A stretch of DNA of 64,000 nt, taken from Macrostomum hystrix. Taxonomy: Eukaryota; Animalia; Platyhelminthes. The first letter of the stretch is position 1. Every line of letters starts with the position of its first letter. Below are positions 55,201-64,000 of this stretch, one piece after another. The notes below the pieces were generated by a model that did no database searches, was not told where the DNA came from, and worked only from the letters and a program-made list of their open reading frames with translations. Position numbers and translations under genes: made by a program. The stretch lies in the NCBI GenBank assembly GCA_950097015.1, contig CATNEN010000024.1:5580001-5644000 (forward strand), written 5' to 3'.

Positions 55201-58200
55201 AACTGTTAAATGTAGGCTTGCAGCCGACAGCACAGCCGCAGCTATTGCGCGGCGCATCTGAAGGCTGCTTATCGCTGTTCACCCCCCTTGCAGTGGGGGT
55301 GGCTGGAGGGCGGGTGTACACCGCCGCGCGTTTTCTGGACTTCCGTCAGCGCGATTGGATAAAGTGTACACTCATCACCCGGCCCCCCCTGAGGACTGAT
55401 TTCTTATCAGCCTTCCGCCCCGGCTTGATCTGCTCTGTGCGTGCGGGGCTGGGGTGGGGGACACTGCTGCCTATTCTGGGTGCCTCCTGCCCTCCCCGGC
55501 TGGTCTGTGCTGTTGTGTGTGGTGCCTGCTCAGGGGAGGCGGCGCGATGGGCGCTTAAGCGCCTAGTTCGCCGGTCTGGGGGCGTGCCGCTCCGTCGCTT
55601 GTGCGACAAGTGCCCCGGGCCCCCTGCAAATAGATGGATAGAGATAGAGGGGGGGACGCCACACATACCCTCAATTACCCCAGCTGGCTAAAGGTCATGA
55701 ACTGTTTAAGTGTAGTCTGGAATCGAACTCTCAACATTCAAGTCGCGAGTCCGACAGTCTAACAATAGAAAGACCAGGGGGACATTTCAAATACCCAGAT
55801 TTTTCTTCTTTCTGTATGTCAACCAATCGCCATGAAATCCAGAACACCCTCGTGGCCTTTCCCCAGAGGGGAAAATTTCCCCCAGGGGGGAAGATCTGGC
55901 GTGGTCATTCTACTGTTAATGACCAGGCTACAGCCATCTTGCTATAGTTACCTGTATAAGCCGCCAGCACAATCACGGTGAACATCCACCAGAAGGCCAT
56001 GACAGTTCGCGGGCTCATTGCGAACGGATAAAAGTCCTGGCCCTGCTGGAGGAAGCTGCCCAGAGTTGACCAGATGTACTCCTGCAGCCAGATCTCATCA
56101 GCGAACGCGTAATCGATGCCGAGGTTCCACGCGGTGAACGGACTGAAGTAGGCGAACACGAATGTGACGACGGCGACGAAGGACAGAGCTGCTAGTAGCA
56201 GCAGCCAGACATCGTAGTGCAACGGTGCGTACAGATTCCACATCCGGGATGAGGGCGGAGGTCTCCGCACCAGAATAGTGTTGCCGGATGAAGACAGCGG
56301 AAATGAGAAGTCAACCACTTGGCCACGAAGGGTGGTGATGGCATAGACGATTGACAGCTGGGCGTTCTGGAGAGGTTCGAAGGCAGCAACTTTGAATTCA
56401 CCCAGTCGAGCTCGTTTCTGCTTCCAGTCCCTGCTCCAGGGCCTGGAGCAGGGAATTTTTAACCCACCCCTTTCTGCACTTCGCCAATGCAGCCGGTGAA
56501 CAGATTGGATCCAGGAATCGGAGCGCCGAACTGTAGATCCCGGGCCTGCTTGAAGATGGAACTGGAACAATATGAACTGTCGCTTGGTCACGAGCATGCA
56601 GACTGGGATATCGTTTCTTTTCCTCTCCTCCACTCTCCTCTCCTCTCCTCTCCTCTCCTCTCCTCTCCTCTCCTCTCCTCTCCTCTCCTCTCCTCTCCTC
56701 TCCTCTCCTCTCCTCTCCTCTCCTCTCCTCTCCTCTCCTCTCCTCTCCTCTCCTCTCCTCTCCTCTTCTCTCCTCTCCTCTCCTCTCCTCTACTCTCCTC
56801 TCCTCTCCTCTCCTCTCCTCTCCTCTCCTATCCTATCCTCTCCTCTCCTCTCCTCTCCTCTCCTCTCCTCTCCTCTCCTCTCCTCTCCTCTCCTCTCCTC
56901 TCCTCTCCTCTCCTCTCCTCTCCTCTCGTCTTCTATCCTCTCATACTCTCTTCTAAAGAATGTCCCAGTTTGAGAAAGATTTCGATCACAGCTACATAAG
57001 AACAGTAAAATTTCCTTTTTAAACGATCGGCCATCTTCAAATTTGTTACTCTCCCTTCTTTTTTTAATATGTCGCTCTTGCTAATTTCAATTCACTTACC
57101 GAAATTTGAGCTTAGACTCAAAGATTTTAAACCACTCGGAGATCTCGCCAGTGACATTGCCGCTCATGTCGGGATTAACATTCAAATAGGAGGTGAATGG
57201 GGGAATCTGCAATAAAAGTGTGGTGTCTGCATAGAAGAGAGCCTGGGTAATGTTCTGATTTCCTAATGTCCTGGAACTCACGGTTGGCGCGCATACTGTC
57301 AGAGTTCGATTCTTGAAGTCCACAAAGGTGTTGGCAAACACTGGATTCCGGTTCGAGTTCGGTCTGAGAATTTGCACACTGGCGTTGCTGGGATAATACC
57401 TGGCACTTTCAATGAACTCCACCGGCTGATTGGCCAGCTCATTGTAGGTGGCTACGAATTCAACGTAGGGAGCCTCTAGGCGGTTCGAGCTGGCGTTGTA
57501 GCTGATCACTGACAGGTACGACCTGAGGCTCTGCAACTGGTAGTCGGTGATGGCGCGACGAGTTGCCGTCAAGAAATGGGGAGTAGACTGGGAAGAGATG
57601 GTGAGTAGACAGGGAGAGATGGGGAGTAGACAGGGGAGAGATGGGGAGTAGACAGGGGAGAGACGGTGAGTAGACAGGGAAGAGATGGTGAGTAGACAGG
57701 GAGAGATGGGGAGTAGACAGGGAGAGATTGTGAGTAGACAGGGGAGAGATGGTGAGTAGACAGGAGAGATAGGGAGTAGACAGGGGAGAGATGGTGAGCA
57801 GACAGGGAGAGATAGGGAGTAGACAGGGGAGAGATGGGGAGTAGACTGGGGAGAGATGGCGAGTAGAAATATGAGAGATGGCGAGTAGACTGGGGAGAGA
57901 TGGGGAGTAGACTGGGGAGAGATGGCGAGTAGAAATATGAGAGATGGCGAGTAGACTGGGGAGATATGGAGAGTAGACAGGAGAGAGATGGGGAGTAGAC
58001 TGGGGAGAGATGGCGAGTAGAAATATGAGAGATGGCGAGTAGACTGGGGAGAGATGGAGAGTAGACAGGAGAGAGATGGGGAGTAGACTGGGGAGAGATG
58101 GCGAGTAGAAAGATGAGAGATGGCGAGTAGACTGGGGAGAGATGGAGAGTAGACAGGAGAGAGATGGGGAGTAGACTGGGGAGAGATGGCGAGTAGAAAG

Positions 58201-61200
58201 ATGAGAGATGGCGAGTAGACTGGGGAGAGATGGGGAGTAGACTGGGGAGAGATGGCGAGTAGAAATATGAGAGATGGCGAGTAGACTGGGGAGATATGGA
58301 GAGTAGACAGGAGAGAGATGGGGAGTAGACTGGGGAGAGATGGCGAGTAGAAATATGAGAGATGGCGAGTAGACTGGGGAGAGATGGAGAGTAGACAGGA
58401 GAGAGATGGGGAGTAGACTGGGGAGAGATGGCGAGTAGAAAGATGAGAGATGGCGAGTAGACTGGGGAGAGATGGAGAGTAGACAGGAGAGAGATGGGGA
58501 GTAGACTGGGGAGAGATGGCGAGTAGAAAGATGAGAGATGGCGAGTAGACTGGGGAGAGATGGGGAGTAGACAGGGGAGAGATGGCGAGTAGAAAGATGA
58601 GAGATGGCGAGTAGACTGGGGAGAGATGGGGAGTAGACAGGGTAGAGATGGGGAGTAGACAGGAGAGAGATAGGGAGTAGACAGGGGAGAGATGGTGAGT
58701 AGACTGGGGAGAGATGGGGAGAAAGACAGGAAAGATGGGGAGTAGACAAGGGAGAGGTATGTTGTGGAAAATTTCTCCTATTGGACTCTATATCGATAGA
58801 GAAGAGGTGAGACAGAAGAGTGTTAAGCAAGTGATTTGAGTAAAGAATGGCCGTAGGGTATAGACAACGGACTGAGATGTGATACTCGTATAAGCTCAGG
58901 GTATTAAGGTCAAATGATGATGTCTGGCTATTAGCGTACTATTTCACACAACACATACAGACAGATTCTATAGCAATCAACATAATATACACTTGTATAT
59001 TAGCAGCATTGATTTTTGTCTGTAGCATTCGCTCGAGATTGTTGATTTATTTCTCATTACGAGTGTGCATGGCAGGCAGACTATCACCTGCGATCTCTGC
59101 AGGAGAGAGGGTGAGAGGAGAGTTGGAGAGAGGAGAGCACCTCCAATTACAGGCACTGACGCGGAAGAGAAGAAGCGCAGACGATAAATTTGAATTTGCC
59201 GATATTTAGAATATTTTAATATTCTTCGTCATGGCAGAAAAAGGAGAGGAGAGAGAGAAGAGACAGGAGGGAGAGGGGAGACACAGGAGGTAGAGAGGAG
59301 AGGTAGAGAGGAGAGGTAGAGAGGAGAGGTAGAGAGGAGAGGTAGAGGGAGAGAGGAGAGGTAGAGAGGAGAGGTAGAGGGAGAGAGGAGAGGTAGAGAG
59401 GAGAGGTAGAGGGAGAGGGGAGAGAGGAGAGGTAAAGAGGAGAGGTAGAGAGGAGTGGTAGAGGGTAGAGAGGAGAGGTAGAGAGGAGAGGTAGAGAGGA
59501 GGGGTAGAGAGGAGGGGTAGAGGGGACAGAGGAGAGGTAGAGAGGAGAGGTAGAGGGTAGAGAGGAGAGGTAGAGAAGAGAGAAGTAGAGAGGAAAGTGG
59601 AGGGAGGTTAAGCAGTGCTCCCAGATAAACTCACAGACTTGATGAAGCTTGCCGCTGAGTCGCCGCTAACCCATGGCTGCAGCGGCTGGCAGGAGGCGTT
59701 GCTGACTCGGTAGGTTGGCGAAGGGCCATCGGACATGTTCTTGTAGGTCTCGGCCAGTGTCAGCAGGGCCTCAACGAATCGAAATTCGATGCTCTGTCGG
59801 CGAGAATTTCGAATAATTTGTAAGGGTTTTTATGTAGTTAGTTTTTTATGCCTTTTGCTTTCGTTTAGACTTTTAATATATCAAATGTAATTATTATAAA
59901 TCATTATTACGCTCGTAATATTAATTGATTACACCTGCCTCAATCGGGCCAGATGTGCAGCCGACAGCACAGCCGCAGATATTGCACAGCGTATCTGAAC
60001 GCTGCGTACGGCTGTTCAGTCCATGGACTGGGGCACGTCACACCCACCCGTCAGTTACCCCAGCTAATGCTGGTACCCATTTTACAGCTGGGTGAACTGA
60101 AGCGATGCAGAGTTAAGTGTCTTGCTAAAGGACACAAATTGTTTCAGTGTAGTCGGGAATCGAACCCCCGACCTTTCAGTTGTGAGCCTATTTTGATCTA
60201 CTTCATTGCTATATTTATAAGAAACATTTTAGTAATTAACCAAATTATATGTCATAATTGTATTCCTTTTATTTAGATACAAGGCCTGTTTAGCATAAAC
60301 AAATAGATACAATTAAAGGCCTACAGCGACCAACAAGGGGGCTAGTAAATTTGCTACCAGCTAGTTTCCCATCCGACTTAATCGCTGTACTTTGTCCTTT
60401 CGTGTCACGTCTCTCAAACCACTGATTAAGTAGGCCTCCAATTACTGATTATTCTGTTAATTAACACTCGGTTTATTTTTGCCATATGATATAAATCTTC
60501 ATATTTATTGGCACAACCGACAAAAGCTTAACTGATCAATTGTGGCATCGATACAAAATATCCTTTATTGATTCAACAGGCTAATTGTTATGGACCCGCC
60601 ATACTAAGGTGTCACGATCAATAACAGAACCACAAGGTATCCGCTGCTAACTACTATTCTCTTTTCATGTGACCCGTGTGTGTGACAGCGAGAACTTTAT
60701 TTCAATCCGCAATCACAGATCCCTGATCCTCAGATCCCAGATCCTCAGATCCCAGATCCTCAGATCCCAGATCCTCAGATCCCAGATCCTCAGATCCCAG
60801 ATCCTCAGATCCCAGATCCTCAGATCCCTGATCCTCAGATCCCTGATCCTCAGATCCCAGATCCTCAGATCCCTGATCCTCAGATCCCTGATCCTCAGAT
60901 CCCTGATCCTCAGATCCCTGATCCTCAGATCCCTGATCCTCAGATCCCTGATCCTCAGATCCCTGATCCTCAGATCCCTGATCCTCAGATCCCTGATCCT
61001 CAGATCCCTGATCCTCAGATCCCTGATCCTCAGATCCCTGATCCTCAGATCCCTGATAAGCAAACTGCTGATGATAAGCTTCCTAACCGTTACGCCATTC
61101 CTGCCGCAGTCCGGGAAGACATCCCTCAGTGACGGTGGGCAGCCGCCGCCGCCGCCGCCGCCGCCCACAAGGCTGAAGGTCGGGCCGCGCACGACAGCCA

Positions 61201-62421
61201 CATTGGCGGCTCCCCAGCTGTACAGGCGGGCCAGAGCTCGCAGCTCAGGCAGCCGCAGACCCGAGGCGTCAGGCAGCAGCCAGTGATAATCTTGCCGCAG
61301 CAGACCTCCAGCAAGGGCCTGGCGGGGAACGTGTCAGGAAATTATATCATAAAAGCAGTCGCAACCTAGCATTTAGAAAAAAGCTTTAAACTTTGATAGG
61401 GTCTCCAATTAAACTGATATTAACAACCTGTAGTTCATTATTAAAACATTTTTTATCAACGAAATTAAAACTGAGAAAAGGATTTGCGATCACATTGAAG
61501 CGGCAAGTTTCAGAAGAAATTCCAATCCTTAAAGAAAATAATCCAAATACTACATGAAAATCACAATCCAAAAAGAAATCCCAATCCTAGCTCGTAAAAG
61601 ACAATCACATCCTAGAATATAATAACAATCCAATATAATAAATCCAAATCTTACAAGAAAATCCCGATCCTAGAAGAAAATCCCAATCCTACAAAAAATC
61701 CCAATCCAAACATAAAATCCCAATCCTACAAAAATCCTAATCCTACAAAAAATCCCAATCTTACAAAAAATCCCAATCCAAACATAAAATCCCAATCCTA
61801 CAAAAATCCTAATCCTACAATAAAATCCCGATCCTACAAGAAAATCCCGATCCTCGAAGAAAATCCCAATTCTACAAAAATCCCAATCCTACAAGAAAAT
61901 CCCAATCCTACAAGAAAATCCTAATCCTACAAGAAAATCCTAATCCTACAAGAAAATCCCGATCCTAGAAGAAAATCCCAATTCTACAAAAATCCCAATC
62001 CTACAAGAAAATCCTAATCCTACAAGAAAATCCTAATCCTACAAGAAAATCCCGATCCTAGAAGAAAATCCCAAGTCTACAAAAATCCCAATCCTACAAA
62101 AAATCCCAATCCTACAAGAAAATCCCGATCCTAGAAGAATATCCCGAACCTAGAAGAAAATCCCAATCCTAAAAGAAAGTTACAATACCAGAATAAGATC
62201 ACGGACTCATTCAATTTACACCTGTACAATCCGAGAACTCACCAACTCAAGAATGCTCAAAGCGTTATCTTTCGTGGCAAAGATCACGTTGAATCGCACC
62301 TGAGTCTTGGCCAGCGTGGTGAGGATCTCGCTGACATTTCTGCCAGAGTCCAGCTGGAAGGCCATCACGCTTGTGCCCCTAGCTGACAGGAGATTTTGAA
62401 AGGCCTCGACCTGCTGCAGAC
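52237..62421 (-). CDS. Variant ionotropic glutamate receptor / IR-like subunit, copy B (exons 4-13; 5' exons beyond the window)
   Basis: Exons (high to low): 62421-62243, 61318-61088, 59793-59635, 57536-57282, 57206-57100, 56561-56468, 56366-55952, 54513-54308, 53755-53583, 52480-52237. Phases match copy A, and lengths match except exon 5 (231 vs 216). Motifs IPPF, FTGCIGEVQKG, ITTLRGQVVDFS, GSFLQQG, AYTGNLTAYLTV, LEKAQDSG, GVAGAFIV. Confidence 0.92.
52543..53450. repeat. 10-bp minisatellite (GGGAGAGAGT), iGluR-B intron 12
   Basis: About 90 units, followed by 3-4 copies of a 34-bp unit (53450-53575). Confidence 0.95.
53826..54266. repeat. 33-bp minisatellite (TGAATTAATGACCAATCTAATGAAATGACCATG), iGluR-B intron 11
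   Basis: About 13 copies. Confidence 0.95.
55218..55765 (-). mobile_element. tRNA-SINE copy interrupted by an approximately 370-bp GC-rich insertion
   Basis: 55218-55281 matches 59955-60020 (GCAGCCGACAGCACAGCCGCAG...GCTGTTCA). The SINE resumes at about 55650 (GGGACGCCACAC...TTACCCCAGCT...GGAATCGAAC). The intervening segment ends in ATAG-type microsatellite. Confidence 0.6.
56625..56930. repeat. (CTCCT)n pentamer array, iGluR-B intron 8
   Basis: About 60 units. Confidence 0.95.
57575..58750. repeat. 20-21-bp minisatellite (GAGTAGACTGGGGAGAGATGG and variants), iGluR-B intron 6
   Basis: Purine-rich array with repeating variant blocks. Confidence 0.93.
59240..59600. repeat. 13-bp purine array (GAGAGGAGAGGTA), iGluR-B intron 6
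   Basis: Tandem units read directly. Confidence 0.9.
59955..60190 (-). mobile_element. tRNA-derived SINE, best-preserved copy, iGluR-B intron 5
   Basis: Minus strand: GGGGTTCGATTCCCGAC (B-box), GTGTCCTTTAGCAAGACACTTAACTC, CCCAGCTGTAAAATGGGTACC, CCCCAGTCCATGGACTGAACAGCCGTAC. Confidence 0.72.
60715..61056. repeat. 15-bp minisatellite (CTGATCCTCAGATCC), iGluR-B intron 5
   Basis: About 22 copies. Confidence 0.95.
61540..62180. repeat. About 19-20-bp degenerate minisatellite (AAATCCCAATCCTACAAGA), iGluR-B intron 4
   Basis: Tandem units read directly. Confidence 0.9.
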
Positions 62422-62454
62422 CTTGGATTTCGGGATCAGTTTTATGGGTCGAGA

Positions 62455-64000
62455 GAGATTTTGAGGCTCTATAAGTAACAATGTGAGATTTTGAGGCTGT
62501 ATAAGTAGCTATGTGAGTTTTGAGGCTCTATGAGTAACAATGTGAGTTTTGAGGCTCTATAAGTAACAATGTAAGTTTTGAGGCTCTATAAGTAACAATG
62601 TGAGTTTTGAGGCTCTATAAGTAACAATGTGAGTTTTGAGGCTCTATAAGTAACAATGTGAGTTTTGAGGCTCTATAAGTAACAATGTGAGTTTTGAGGC
62701 ACTATAAGTAACAATGTGAGTTTTGAGGCTCTATAAGTAGCTTTGTGAGATTTTGAGGCTCTATAAGTAACAATGTGAGATTTTGAGGCTGTATAAGTAG
62801 CTATGTGAGTTTTGAGGCTCTATGAGTAACAATGTGAGTTTTGAGGCTCTATAAGTAACAATGTGAGTTTTGAGGCTCTATAAGTAACAATGTGAGTTTT
62901 GAGGCTCTATAAGTAACAATGTGAGTTTTGAGGCACTATAAGTAACAATGTGAGTTTTGAGGCTCTATAAGTAGCTTTGTGAGATTTTGAGGCTCTATAA
63001 GTAACAATGTGAGATTTTGAGGCTGTATAAGTAGCTATGTGAGTTTTGAGGCTCTATGAGTAACAATGTGAGTTTTGAGGCTCTATAAGTAACAATGTGA
63101 GTTTTGAGGCTCTATAAGTAACAATGTGAGTTTTGAGGCTCTATAAGTAACAATGTGAGTTTTGAGGCACTATAAGTAACAATGTGAGTTTTGAGGCACT
63201 ATAAGTAACAATGTGAGTTTTGAGGCACTATAAGTAACAATGTGAGTTTTGAGGCTCTATAAGTAGCTTTGTGAGATTTTGAGGCTCTATAAGTAACAAT
63301 GTGAGATTTTGAGGCTGTATAAGTAGCTATGTGAGTTTTGAGGCTCTATGAGTAACAATGTGAGTTTTGAGGCTCTATAAGAAACAATGTAAGTTTTGAG
63401 GCTCTATAAGTAGCTTTGTGAGATTCTGAGGCTCTATAAGTAACAATGTGAGTTTTGAGGCTCTATAAGTAACAATGTGAGTTTTGAGGCACTATAAGTA
63501 ACGATGTGAGTTTTGAGGCTCTATAAGTAACAATGTGAGTTTTGAGGCTCTATAAGAAACAATGTGAGATTTTGAGGCTGTATAAGTAGCTATGTGAGTT
63601 TTGAGGCTCTATGAGTAACAATGTGAGTTTTGAGGCTCTATAAGTAACAATGTAAGTTTTGAGGCTCTATATGTAGCTTTGTGAGATTCTGAGGCTCTAT
63701 AAGTAACAATGTGAGTTTTGAGGCTCTATAAGTAACAATGTGAGTTTTGAGGCTTTATAAGAAACAATGTGAGTTTTGAGGCTCTATAAGAAACAATGTG
63801 AGTTTTGAGGCTCTATAAGAAACAATGTAAGTTTTGAGGCTCTATAAGTAACAATGTGAGTTTTGAGGCACTATAAGTAACGATGTGAGTTTTGAGGCTC
63901 TAAGGAACAATGTGAGTTTTGAGGCTCTATAAGTAACGATGTGAGTTTTGAGGCACTATAAGTAACGATGTGAGATTTGAGGCTCTATAAGTAACAATGT
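62455..64000. repeat. 29-30-bp satellite (GTGAGTTTTGAGGCTCTATAAGTAACAAT), iGluR-B intron 3, runs off the window
   Basis: More than 50 units with recurring variant blocks. Confidence 0.96.

Noticed and set aside
55905-56633. 242-aa ORF as a single iGluR-B exon
   Set aside because: Comparison with copy A shows it spans exon 10, a 101-bp intron and exon 9 in another frame; only 56366-55952 is coding in this frame.
61540-62180. Telomere-like repeat (AATCCC/AATCCT words)
   Set aside because: The unit is about 19-20 bp, degenerate and intronic, not (TTAGGG)n.
13868-64000. CRISPR-like appearance of the regularly spaced arrays
   Set aside because: Units are contiguous with no unique spacers, there are no cas genes, and the context is eukaryotic and intron-containing.

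Overview
Eukaryotic (animal) genomic DNA: GC-rich exons, spliceosomal GT-AG introns, and introns and intergenic spaces packed with short-unit minisatellites. A free-living flatworm such as Macrostomum is my inference from this architecture and is not shown by the sequence. Genes I could reconstruct by hand, left to right: an intronless TRPV-like channel (+), intronless MRPL12 (+), a 2-exon orphan Pro-rich protein (+), FANK1 (+; 2 exons, 7.2-kb intron containing a 5.6-kb satellite), an atypical 3-exon protein kinase (+), a secreted, probably GPI-anchored Ly6/uPAR-type protein (+), and a 2-exon divergent rhodopsin-like GPCR (+). These are followed by a tandem pair of variant ionotropic glutamate receptor genes on the minus strand: copy A is complete (13 exons, 851 aa) and copy B has exons 4-13 in the window. 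Mobile DNA comprises a decayed IS630/Tc1-like transposon with 112-bp TIRs, a hAT-like MITE, a LINE RT relic and several tRNA-derived SINE copies. Most long ORFs in the supplied track are artefacts of tandem repeats. The most interesting signals are in the iGluR pair: an altered M3 gate motif (YTGNLTAY), a non-glutamate-type ligand pocket, a 95-nt block over the pore that is identical between otherwise diverged paralogues, orthologous introns filled by unrelated minisatellites, and complementary arrays flanking a frame-preserving exon. No database searches were run, and all splice models are manual.
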